From Candidatus Delongbacteria bacterium (GTDB taxonomy: Bacteria > CAIWAD01): a stretch of DNA of 64,000 nt. The translations under genes were made by a program, and so were the position numbers. Below are positions 19,467 to 28,926 of the stretch, one piece after another (the first letter of the stretch is position 1; every line of letters begins with the position of its first letter). The stretch is taken from positions 1,088,001-1,152,000 of the forward strand of contig OY760505.1 of NCBI GenBank assembly GCA_963663545.1, read 5' to 3'. The notes beneath the pieces are model-generated. The model was given only the letters and a program-made list of their open reading frames with translations. It did not search any database and had not been told where the DNA came from.

Positions 19467-20153
19467 ATGCGCATCAGCAATTGTTTACTACCGGCATTGG
19501 CACTGGCCACTTTGATCGCGAGCAGTGGTTCGATGGCAGCTGAACTAAAAGTACCCGATGCAGGCGCAAAGGAGCTTCAGTTCGGCATTGGCAGCAGCTT
19601 CACTCTGCATCAGATTGATCAGTACATGATCTCGTACCAGCAGTATCTATCGAACAAGCTGGCCTGGCGCGCCGACTTTGGCCTTGACCTGAGTAGTACC
19701 GATGGAGATAGCAAAAGCCTGTACTTCAACAGCGAGGGCGAGCCAGCAATCCCCAGCGACGCCGAATATGATCAAAGCAGCTTTGGTGTTCATCTCTGTG
19801 CACAGATCCTTATGTACCCCGTGCAAAAACGCATTAGTCCATTTCTGGGCGCTGGCCTCGAGTGGGCTTATAGCAGCAGCACCCAGGACGAAGTGGAGAA
19901 CTCGATCCAAGATTACTCGCGCGACTCAAGTTACATGAGGGTTGCCGGTGTGGGCTCAGTGGGCGTGCGCTGGCTACTGATGGAACAAGTCGAACTGGTT
20001 GTTGAGACGGGCCTTCACATCGGATACAGTAACCAGGAAGGCGAGAGCACCCAGTACCATTATGATGACGCCCGCGACGAGTACGAATCCGACGTGTCGA
20101 GTTTCTTCTGCGAAGCCAAGGATTTTCGCTTCGCCCTGGCCTTCTGGTTCTAG
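19467..20153 (+). CDS. Outer-membrane beta-barrel protein
   Basis: AGGAGAGG RBS, signal peptide MRISN..., ISPFLGAG, C-terminal FALAFWF. Confidence 0.75.
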   Translation: MRISNCLLPALALATLIASSGSMAAELKVPDAGAKELQFGIGSSFTLHQIDQYMISYQQYLSNKLAWRADFGLDLSSTDGDSKSLYFNSEGEPAIPSDAEYDQSSFGVHLCAQILMYPVQKRISPFLGAGLEWAYSSSTQDEVENSIQDYSRDSSYMRVAGVGSVGVRWLLMEQVELVVETGLHIGYSNQEGESTQYHYDDARDEYESDVSSFFCEAKDFRFALAFWF

Positions 20154-20177
20154 AATACTTCAACCGACGATACATCT

Positions 20178-20201
20178 AAGGGCGCTCGAAAGCGCCCTTT
20201 T
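20178..20201 (+). terminator. Intrinsic terminator
   Basis: AAGGGCGCT-CGAA-AGCGCCCTT followed by T's. Confidence 0.75.
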
Positions 20202-20241
20202 GCATTTGACCTCTCCATAAGCGTCGCTTGTACGCATGGTA

Positions 20242-20351
20242 TAGGAGTACTTGAATGTTCTGTCCAACGAATCGCCAATCAAATGATTGCAATATCAGCA
20301 TTTACGATAGATCCAGGCAAAGAGGTTGGACAGAACTTCTGAGTACTCCTA
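20242..20351. mobile_element. 110-bp MITE copy 1 (IS630/Tc1-mariner-like ends)
   Basis: Terminal inverted repeats TAGGAGTACTTGAATGTTCTGTCCAAC / GTTGGACAGAACTTCTGAGTACTCCTA, flanked by TA on both sides; second copy at 42331-42440. Confidence 0.8.
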
Positions 20352-20369
20352 TACAGCTAGAGCTCGAGG

Positions 20370-20780
20370 CTATTCGTTGTAGTCGGCGCAAGTGGGAAAA
20401 ATACCCACCGGCACGTACATCCAGTATCCCACGGTGGACGACAGAAACATGTTGCCCTGTGAAAAGCTCAGGCCGCATCGGAGGGTAACATCGTAGTAGC
20501 CGTTCCACATCGTGAGGATGAGGCTGTCGGCGCTTTGAGTATAGCTGCCCTCATACTCGAGACAATTCCCAGTCAGATAGGCGTAATTCAGAACTGCCAG
20601 TGATCCATCGCTCTGAAGGTCCAAGGTCTCCTGCCCAACACCCGTCGTCGTAGTTTGCCACAGACCAACGACAGCAGACTGGCTGCTGCTATTGTCGTCG
20701 TCATCATCGCAGCCGACAAAGGCCAGTGTGCAGCTCAGCAGGCAGGCCCCCAGCAAGGTGGTCTTTACAAAGGCGTGCAT
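20370..20780 (-). CDS. Lipoprotein, lipocalin-like barrel (paralogue of 18760-19191)
   Basis: AGGAG RBS, lipobox FVGC plus poly-Asp, VVGLW, ends PTCADY like PTCSDY of its paralogue. Confidence 0.7.
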   Translation of the reverse strand: MHAFVKTTLLGACLLSCTLAFVGCDDDDDNSSSQSAVVGLWQTTTTGVGQETLDLQSDGSLAVLNYAYLTGNCLEYEGSYTQSADSLILTMWNGYYDVTLRCGLSFSQGNMFLSSTVGYWMYVPVGIFPTCADYNE

Positions 20781-21046
20781 TCCGTCTCCTTGATTCTTAT
20801 GTGCAGTGTATGCGGCGGGAATGTAGTACATGGTAGAAAAAAACCTGCGTGCGTGATACAACCCCAAGCGCGCTCCAAACTTCCGAAAATGCCGATTGTC
20901 GCGAGTCCGTCATGGTTAGTGACAGTAGCGGACACTTGCTGTGAACTGGATCACTGGCGAAGTGCGCGAAAAAGCTGTAAGCTGCGTGCGCGTCCTGCAT
21001 GCAGGATCGAAGTAGTCCGTAAATCGAAAGATACAGGGGGAAAGAC

Positions 21047-21616
21047 GTGAACAGAACGACGACAAGCGCTTCAATTGCCCTTCTGCTGCTGGTTGCAAGC
21101 GCACAGGCACAGTTCGCTGTTGGTCTCAAGAATGTCGAGTTCCATCTGGGACCGAACTTCGTGGATAAAACCGTCCTCGCTGATGGCTCTGTGGCCCTTG
21201 CACTGGGTTTGGGAACCGAGTTCGGCAGCTGGAATGATTTCAGCACCTACTTCCATTTTGACTACTGGTGGGATAGTGACGAAACAAAGGAGTTTGTGGG
21301 CTACAACGGTTACATCCCGGTGTATTCCACGACGGACAACAAGACATCGGAAATCAATCTAAGCCTCGGCGTCAAGCGTGAACTGAAGCTCGCTCTGCCC
21401 TTTACCAGCTATTTCCTGATGGGTGGCGGACTAAGCCTCTACAGTTATGATTTCGCCAGCGACGATGATACTGAGACTGATTTCAGCTTGCACTTGGCTT
21501 ACGAGGCCGATTACAAAATCAGCGATGAGCTGATGGCTTTTGCGCGCATCAAGAAATCCACCAATGGCGGCAATTACCTTGGGCTCCAGGTTGGCGTCAG
21601 CTACCTGATCAAGTAG
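21047..21616 (+). CDS. Small outer-membrane beta-barrel protein
   Basis: Signal peptide ending AQA, YFLMGGG, C-terminal LQVGVSY. Confidence 0.7.
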   Translation: MNRTTTSASIALLLLVASAQAQFAVGLKNVEFHLGPNFVDKTVLADGSVALALGLGTEFGSWNDFSTYFHFDYWWDSDETKEFVGYNGYIPVYSTTDNKTSEINLSLGVKRELKLALPFTSYFLMGGGLSLYSYDFASDDDTETDFSLHLAYEADYKISDELMAFARIKKSTNGGNYLGLQVGVSYLIK

Positions 21617-21852
21617 TGTATCACAACGGGTGAGGGCCTCCAATGTGCTTCAAGGGTCTTTGCTATTGTGCCCTCACCATGAACGACGACTATTGGTTTC
21701 CACGCAGGCGCCGTCTTTCAGAACCACCACATTTGAGTAATACAACAGCGTCCACTCCTTCGGTCTGAAGGAAAAAGGCGAACATCATCGCCCTTGTGAT
21801 ACGTCAGCCAAGATCCGGTTTGTGTCACACGTTGCAAGAAAGCCCACGTGGG

Positions 21853-23481
21853 TTACTCTTCCTGCACTGCAGTGACCCGAAAAAGAACGATCGTCCGCCC
21901 CACCGGCACATCCAGCTCAAGGGATAGCTCGCCAGTTTCGCCGCAGATCTCCCAGGTCGCTCCATCGCGACAGGAATAGACTCGATAGAAATCGGCGTCT
22001 GAAACAGCGGCCCAGGAGAGCAGCAAGCCGCTGGGTGTTCTCTGTATCACGCACACAGGTGCGGCAAGCGCAAGATCTACCTGCAAGGACTGCCGCACCA
22101 TCTCCTCCGGCGGTGCCTTTCCGGTAGTGGACCACAACTCGTACAAAGTATCACCCATCTCATCGGTCACATTTGCATCACGCAGAAACTCCACATACTC
22201 GCGGGAGATTGTCTGGTAGTGCAGAATGGCCTCGACGCTTGCGGCACCCGTCACCAGGGGGTACAAGGCGTCATCCCAATACTGATCATCGGCGTAGCTC
22301 ACGCCGTGACCACGAGGCGCGGATTGAATTTCCTCAAAGGCCGCATTGGTGAAGCCACGCGGCGGAATGCGGTTGTCCCACCAGACGGTATCGTTGATAG
22401 CGAAGTGAAAAGTCGGCCCCGGTGGCAGCTCCAGCACGGAGGACAGCGCGTGTGACACACCGGGTTTGGTCTCGTACTTGCGCAGCCAGGGGTCATCGGC
22501 GATTGTCGCGCTGTCTGCATTATAGGCGCCACTGTGATACACGATTGCGTCTTCTGCATCACGCAGCACCACTTCCAGCCACATGCGGCGTCCTTCAGGG
22601 TAGCCCGTCGGCAGTTTGTGTCCGGTTTCGTTGATCACGCGCACCTGCACCCAGTTCGTATCGGGTCCGGCAAGCTGCGTCAACTCCAGAGTGGCCGCCA
22701 GCGAATGCATGCGGCGTGCACGTGATACAGCAGAATCCACTGCGGCAAGGCTCACCTCGCCGGGATAGAGCTCCGCCGCCTACGCGAAAGCGTTGGGCAT
22801 GTAGGCGCCACTCTCCTGACGATCAAAGACGGGATTGCTCACATCGTGACACGTTCCGCAAAGAGCAGCCGCACGCTGATAGGGCGTGTAATACACAGGG
22901 TGCTGCGCACTGGCACCGATGTATGGTCCGCGCTTGCCCATGTTGGTGCTCACCATGAACATGCCGTCGGCGGCGTGTGTGGGTAGCAAGTCCAGCGTCG
23001 CAACGTAGTTCTGATCCACCGGCCAACAACCTGATGTGTACGCAGCATCTTCGGGAAAAGGATTCTCACCCACGCCCTGCACCGGTACCAGACGGTGACA
23101 CACCTCGCAATGCACCGAGTTGCGATCGGCAGCTGTCAAGGCGGAGCCATCGGTGGGCTCACTGCGTCCCTCCAGCCAACCACCGGGCGTGTGACAACGC
23201 AAACAGAGGTCGCCCACTTCCGGCGCGTCCTGATTGGCCACCGTGAGACAGGCCAGGAAGATTGGATCACGCAGCGCTTGCCCCATCATGCTGCCCTTCC
23301 AGTTGAAGACGGGCTCCACGGTTTGGTTGTAGCCAGCATGGCAGTTACTGCAGGTGCTGATCTGGTTCACGCTCCCGCTTTCGAGGGGCTGTGAGCCGGC
23401 CAGGAAGAAATCGTTGATGGTGGTGGGAACGGCGGCTGCACAGGCTACAGATACGAGCAGAAGCAATAGCCTCAAGCTCAT
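21853..23481 (-). pseudogene. Secreted multiheme cytochrome c (c554/c552-like) interrupted by an in-frame TAG at 22780-22782, probably at a deletion junction
   Basis: Four CxxCH (CSNCH, CLRCH, CEVCH, CGTCH) in the 5' half; the 3' half is in the same frame with TGHKLPTGYPEGRRMW and DNRIPPRGF typical of this family. Confidence 0.7.
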
Positions 23482-23633
23482 GATGGACTCCATAGCATTG
23501 CGGTGTTACGCTATACAAACAGCTGATTGCAGGCAGAATGGGCAAGAGAAAAGCACCCTCCACGCTTGCTTTACGTATCACGAGTTACTGTGCACTCGTG
23601 ATTGTATCACGATCCAGCTACAATGCACATGTC

Positions 23634-23663
23634 AAAAAGAAAGGGGCGACTGCAGCCGCCCCT
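23634..23663 (-). terminator. Intrinsic terminator after LRR gene
   Basis: AGGGGCG...CGCCCCT stem preceded on + strand by AAAAAGAA. Confidence 0.65.
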
Positions 23664-23689
23664 GGAAATGATCTTGAATGACTGGATAT

Positions 23690-24642
23690 CTACTTGATCA
23701 ATGTTATCCGGCTCACGGCCTGCTCGCTCTCCGAAGTCAGGCGCAGCAGATACACGCCACTGCTCAAGGCGGAACCATCAAACTGCAGGCTATGCTCACC
23801 AGCTTCAGTCAACCCACTATGTAGCACGCTCACCAACCGTCCACTCAGATTGAACAGTGCCAGCTCGGCGACGCCGGACTCCGCCAGACTGTAGGAAATG
23901 GTCGTCGTGGGGTTGAAGGGATTGGGATATGCGTTGTGCAGTGCGAAGCGCATGGGCGTCTCGCTGGCTTCCGCAGTGCCGCCACAGACGTGGAACAAGC
24001 TTTCATCGTCGATCATGTAGCTGAATGCCGGCGGAACACTGTCAACGCAGACTTCTGTGAGGTAGTCGTTCCAGCGCAGATCAACCATGTTCAGTTCGCC
24101 ACAGGGGCGCAGATCGACGTTGCTTATCCGGGTATCTGTCAGAAAAAGCGTGGACAGATGGGCCTGATTGCTCAGGTCAAGCTCGGTGATATAATTCAAG
24201 CAGAGATCCAGCATGGCCAGTTGCGGGGCACCGCTCAGATCGAGTGCGGAAATGGGGTTATCCATCATCCAGATTTCAACCAAATAAGGTTTGTCGCCAA
24301 CGGTGATCGAAGCTAATGCAGAGTAATCTGAGTAGAAGTACCTGAGGTTGACAAGCGGACTGAGGTCTATTGTGCTGGCTGAAGACATCGTGACGTCAAG
24401 CCGCTGCAGATTCGTAAAGAACTCCAGGCCAGAATAGTCACTGATGGGATAGGATCCACCATGCAAGACGGTGACGGCGGCGGCTTCAGCATAACTGATC
24501 AGGCCATCGCCATCCAGATCGCGTCCCTGTTGGATGAGCGTCAGGCGGAAATTGTCATCCGCAAACTCAACATACTGGGCATAAACCGGGGCCGCCAGCA
24601 TAGAGTCAAGGCCAGCGCACAAAGATGACTCACTCGCATCAT
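23690..24642 (-). pseudogene. Leucine-rich-repeat surface protein with T9SS-like C-terminal domain; 1-nt frameshift in the signal peptide (or sequence error)
   Basis: GAGGAGG RBS plus ATG 24642 gives MMRVSHLCALALTL, out of frame with MLAAPVYAQY...; LRRs (GLEFFTNLQRLDV, LDLS), YPNPFNPTT...ITLIK. Confidence 0.7.
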
Positions 24643-25493
24643 TCTTCCTCCTCAGTTGTGATTTGTATTACACGCAATGCGCATCCGGACTTGTGAAGCA
24701 GCAGGCTCAGACGGTGAGCCATCCGCCAAATGTGTAAGAGCTCGCACTTGAGTGTCTGCTGCAATCTGCGCCCGGTGAGAATTGCAAATTCCAGCTTTGC
24801 TGCAAAATGAGAATTCGCTCTCAGCACAATTGGCCGTGTGTTGAAGGATGTCCAGGGCATCAGGCGCGCGAGTCGTGCCTGCCGCTGGTGACTTCCCCTC
24901 TCTCGCTTCAGCTCCGGTACTCCCACACATTCTGGTGATGTTCGATTGCGCACCTGCACTCCCGGGAGTTCGCGGGGAACTGCCTCCATCTTCACCCTTC
25001 TCCGAAGAATCACGCTCTCTTTCTATTCCCCCGTCGAAAGCTCATGCAATCCCAGTCCTGCTTTGCGGATCCGGCAATAGCTTGTTTCCGCTTTGTAACA
25101 ACCACCAGCCTAGCGCCACCATCAGCACAAGCGCGCGCAACGTGTCATCGTCTCACTCCTTCTTCGTCTTGCTGATACAACAGATACCTGCGGTGGCCTG
25201 GGGGCGTCGGGAGCCGCAAACAGACCGGCGTGACGGCAAGGGCCCGCGCAGTCTTGAGGCTGCGCACGGTCCCGAAACTGTTGGCATGAGGGGCGGTAGA
25301 GGCTACCGCAGGCTTTGGGCATCAAGAGCATAAGTGCTGTCTGTTAATCGCGCATTAGAAATATGGCCGTGAATTGTTTCCAACATATCGAGCGGGATCG
25401 TGATGTGGAAGGAGTACCGCAAGCAGGCTGCTAGTGGTTTAGTGATGTGGATAACGAAAGGCGACGTTTCCGCGAAATACACTTGAATCCAGA

Positions 25494-26204
25494 CTAGTGT
25501 CCCGCCTTGAAACAATCGTAGCACACGGGCTTTGCCAGCGACGTCTTCGCCTTTTTCCCACAGATGTGGCAATACTTCTCTGCGTAGTCAGGGTTCTCGT
25601 ACTTGCGCCAGGACGCAAAGCAACTTGTGCAATAGGGTTTAGCAGGATCTTGATCGATCTTCTTTGCACATCGAATGCACACACCGGATTCTTCTGTGAA
25701 CACCTGTTCGGCAATAGCACGACCGACCTTGGCCAAGCCCTTGAGCAGACTCTTTCCCGCGGCAGCGGCCGCCTGACCAAGGACTGTCCTTGTACGTGTT
25801 TTCAATTGCACCGTGTAGTAGTCTTTGCAATGCCGGTACAGCACGGGATCACTCGTCCGCAAAACTAATTCTTCACTGTTTCTCTGGGAAAACTCATAAA
25901 GGTTCATCGAACCCATGATTACTGTGTCGTCATTCATGTAGAGCTTGGTGTGCAGGTTTTCCGCGTGCCGCACATCGATTCCCCATGCCAACCAGGACTT
26001 CCAGCAATCGGCGTACTTCTCTGCTTCACTTCGGCGAAACACGATTGTGATCTCCACACCTCGCTTGAGCGCCGATTTCAACTGTTGCTCGAAGTGTGGC
26101 CATATGTCGATATAGGGCGAGACAATAAGAAGCTGCTTTCTTGATTCAGCTACGAGATCGCACAGGGCAGCGGAAATCTGGTGGTTATAAAGAATCGTAT
26201 GCAT
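25494..26204 (-). CDS. Phospholipase D-superfamily (single HKD) nuclease-like protein with C-terminal Cys-rich zinc-finger region
   Basis: IVSPYI, HTKLYMND (HxKxxxxD), GSMN; four CxxC pairs (CIRC, CTSC, CHIC, CYDC). Confidence 0.8.
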   Translation of the reverse strand: MHTILYNHQISAALCDLVAESRKQLLIVSPYIDIWPHFEQQLKSALKRGVEITIVFRRSEAEKYADCWKSWLAWGIDVRHAENLHTKLYMNDDTVIMGSMNLYEFSQRNSEELVLRTSDPVLYRHCKDYYTVQLKTRTRTVLGQAAAAAGKSLLKGLAKVGRAIAEQVFTEESGVCIRCAKKIDQDPAKPYCTSCFASWRKYENPDYAEKYCHICGKKAKTSLAKPVCYDCFKAGH

Positions 26205-26233
26205 GTGAACTCCAGAGTACCCGGGGTTGTGTT

Positions 26234-28300
26234 TCAGTTCGATTGGATATCCACCAACAACTCCGACCCTGGCTCCTGGGCCGAAATCATCAGGAATTCG
26301 CGAGCGCGCGTGCAGGCCACGTAGAGCAAGTTTCCCTCCGTGCGCAGAATCTCATCCAACTCGGCTTCGCTGGCGGCAGTCTCCACGCGGGATTGCAGCG
26401 GCAGTAGATCCTCGTTGCAAGACAGCACAGCAACGGCGCGGAACTCCAGTCCCTTGGCCAGATGCATGTTGGTCACACTCACACTGTCGGCGCGCAGATC
26501 CAGCTTCTCATCCAGCAGACAGATCTTCAGGTCACGGTCGGCGAGCTGTCGGGTAACAACCGCTGCCAACTCCTGCGTGCGCACAAAGAGCGCGATCTCG
26601 CCTAAGGCAATGCCCTTCTCCTGCAACTCGCGTACCCAGTGGATGGCATGCTCCAGCTCCTCCTCTGCAGAGGCGAAGGTATGTATCACGGGCTCGGGAC
26701 CATTGAAGGCGGACACGGTGCCGTGGCGCTCTTCGAGATTGCCGTCCACGTCCTGCAGTTCGGTAGGCAACAGACGATCGGCCTGCTGGCGAATCTGGTG
26801 GCTGGTGCGGTAGTTCACGCGTAGCACGCTGGAGCGTCCACACACATCCACACCCAGGGCTTTCCAGGAAAAGGGTGGCTGAAAAATGCGTTGCCCCAGA
26901 TCGCCGGCAAAGAACAGGCTGTTGGGCTGGTTTCTGCTCAGGGCCGCCAGCAAGCGCAGCTGGTAGACGTTGAGGTCCTGCGCCTCGTCCACAATGATGC
27001 AATCGAAAGGCTGGTGGTCGGCCTGCGCAGCAGCGAGCGCAACCTCGTGATACAACTGGGCCAGCGTGACACGCTGCTCGTTCTTCAGATCCTCAAGCAG
27101 CAGCTTGTACACGCTCCACAGTGCCAGCCTGCGTCCTTCAGGCAAACGGCTCTTGCGCCCCAGACGCGCAATGTCGCGGTACTCTTCCCAGGTCGCTAGG
27201 CCCCAGGCATCCACAACGTGAGACCATTCTTCCCAGACGAACTCCTGCGAAAAGCCAAGATCTTCGTGTTGTGATACAAGCTCACGCAATCGCTCGCGCA
27301 CCTTTTCTGAGATCACCAACTCATGCTGAAGGCCTGTGCGTCGTGCCGTGCGCTGCACCAGCTGATCTAGCGTCAGCAGCTCAAGCCGCTCCATCACGGC
27401 GGGTTCCTGCACGGCCAAGCGCTTCATGCGACTCTGTAGCGCACGCAGCAGCGGTTCAGAGAATGTAGTCAGTAACACATGGGATTCAGGATGCCTGCGG
27501 GCAAACTCGAAGGCACGGTGCAGGGCCACCACCGTTTTGCCCGTACCCGCCGAGCCGGATACGCGCGCCGGACCATTGAACTCGCGTTCCACCAGCTCAC
27601 GCTGGCTGGGATGCAGAAAGACCGTCCACTGATGCCAGGGTGCATCCAGCGCCATCTCCAGCTCCTCGCGATTGCTCAGCAGACGGAAGCGGCGTTGCGC
27701 GTCGGGGTGATCGAAGGGATTTGTGTCACGACGTATCACCGGCGCAGCGGGTGTTTCCCCAGTGGCCAGCAGCAGCAAAGCCTCGGCTGCCTCGTCCGGC
27801 AGCTTCTCCAGCAGTTCGAAGAGGTTGGACTCGGTGGCCTGCAGCAGGTCCGGCACCCACTCCTCCGGCGCGCCGTACTGCAGGAGCGTGTCCTCGGCAA
27901 GGCCTTGAAAGCACAGCGGACTGGCGTGCTCCACGTGCTCGATCACCACAGTCTTGTGGATCACGCGGGTTTCCTCGCGCAACTCCACCAGCTGTGCCGC
28001 ACCCGTTGTGGGATGTGTCACCAGTTTGCGTCGCTCGGCCCAGTGATAGGCTTTGTCGTGGTGATCGACGTAACACAACAGCAGGTTGCCCTCGCTGCGG
28101 TGAACGATCAGGCGCAGATCGTCACTGACGCGCACCGACCAGAAGCCCTTGTCCCGAACCCGCTCCAGCTTGTGAAAGGACATGCCGGGGTTCGCCGGAT
28201 TGAGCTGCAAATCGAAGGCCGTTGTCTTGACCGCCTTCTGCTCCTCTCCGGTGAGTCTGGCCAGGCTGCTGGTGAAGGTGTCGGCGATGCGGAAGTTCAT
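26234..28300 (-). CDS. UvrD/Rep superfamily 1 helicase with N-terminal RelE/ParE-like domain
   Basis: GSAGTGKT, VDEAQD, NYRT, AKGLEF, LYVACTRARE; N-terminus FHKL...FWSVRV..DLRLIV...VDHHDKAY. Confidence 0.85.
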   Translation of the reverse strand: MNFRIADTFTSSLARLTGEEQKAVKTTAFDLQLNPANPGMSFHKLERVRDKGFWSVRVSDDLRLIVHRSEGNLLLCYVDHHDKAYHWAERRKLVTHPTTGAAQLVELREETRVIHKTVVIEHVEHASPLCFQGLAEDTLLQYGAPEEWVPDLLQATESNLFELLEKLPDEAAEALLLLATGETPAAPVIRRDTNPFDHPDAQRRFRLLSNREELEMALDAPWHQWTVFLHPSQRELVEREFNGPARVSGSAGTGKTVVALHRAFEFARRHPESHVLLTTFSEPLLRALQSRMKRLAVQEPAVMERLELLTLDQLVQRTARRTGLQHELVISEKVRERLRELVSQHEDLGFSQEFVWEEWSHVVDAWGLATWEEYRDIARLGRKSRLPEGRRLALWSVYKLLLEDLKNEQRVTLAQLYHEVALAAAQADHQPFDCIIVDEAQDLNVYQLRLLAALSRNQPNSLFFAGDLGQRIFQPPFSWKALGVDVCGRSSVLRVNYRTSHQIRQQADRLLPTELQDVDGNLEERHGTVSAFNGPEPVIHTFASAEEELEHAIHWVRELQEKGIALGEIALFVRTQELAAVVTRQLADRDLKICLLDEKLDLRADSVSVTNMHLAKGLEFRAVAVLSCNEDLLPLQSRVETAASEAELDEILRTEGNLLYVACTRAREFLMISAQEPGSELLVDIQSN

Positions 28301-28301
28301 C

Positions 28302-28922
28302 TCAGTTCCCCTCTGGCAGACTCAGCTTCTCAACCAGGCGATACACCGTGGTGATGCGGTGGCCCCAGGGCAAGGGATCGTTATAGTCCTTGTCCTCTAA
28401 CTTGGCGCGGTGAATCGCCTGCCGAATGTGTTGTGGGCAGATCTTCCGCATATCGGGCGACTTCTCGTAGTCGGGCATGTACATCCGCAAACGCTTCCTG
28501 ATCGAGTCTTTTGCGCTTACACGAGCTCTCTCGAAGTGCAATAGAAGCCATAGTTCGAAACACGGCCAGCTGAATGCGATGTGATGCCTTTTGTCACAAC
28601 GCTCCCAAGACAGCAGCTCGTCGAAGTCTCTCTTGTGACGACTATCATTATCCACTACAAGCCAAGCCTCGTCTCCCTTCTCCAGCGGATTCGACTTCAA
28701 GTAGCTCCCCATGCGCGCTAGTACGTTTCGAGGAGAGCTCTTGTCATCTCCCTGTATCACGTGAATGTGATTTGTAGAGTCTAGACACCCCAAAGCTCTG
28801 AAGTACTGCGGCTCAGTTTTCCGTCCCTCAACGGAGAGTACGAATCGCCTTTGAACATGCCGTACAACCTCACGCCGCCGTGCAGGAAATCGCGTTTGCC
28901 CTGCTCTCTTTCTAGCTGTCAT
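28302..28922 (-). CDS. rloB: RloB-family (AbiLii-like, Toprim) protein
   Basis: VEGRKTEPQYF, VVDND, SWPCFELWLLLHF. Confidence 0.85.
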   Translation of the reverse strand: MTARKRAGQTRFPARRREVVRHVQRRFVLSVEGRKTEPQYFRALGCLDSTNHIHVIQGDDKSSPRNVLARMGSYLKSNPLEKGDEAWLVVDNDSRHKRDFDELLSWERCDKRHHIAFSWPCFELWLLLHFERARVSAKDSIRKRLRMYMPDYEKSPDMRKICPQHIRQAIHRAKLEDKDYNDPLPWGHRITTVYRLVEKLSLPEGN

Positions 28923-28926
28923 GCTC

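Noticed and set aside
20255..20488. Near-identical small ORFs MFCP.N.QSNDCNISIYDR at 20255 and 42344
   Set aside because: Both are translations of the MITE and diverge immediately outside it
22780..22782. Pyrrolysine or stop-codon reassignment at the in-frame TAG
   Set aside because: Many intact genes here end in TAG (ahpC, pdhC, res-island genes), no pyl genes are in the window, and a deletion explains the junction better
25446..25454. DnaA box TGTGGATAA (another at 61806-61814)
   Set aside because: Isolated single boxes with no cluster or origin context
24650..25490. ORFs in the gap between the LRR gene and the defence island
   Set aside because: No RBS-supported frame with recognisable content; probably degraded or non-coding
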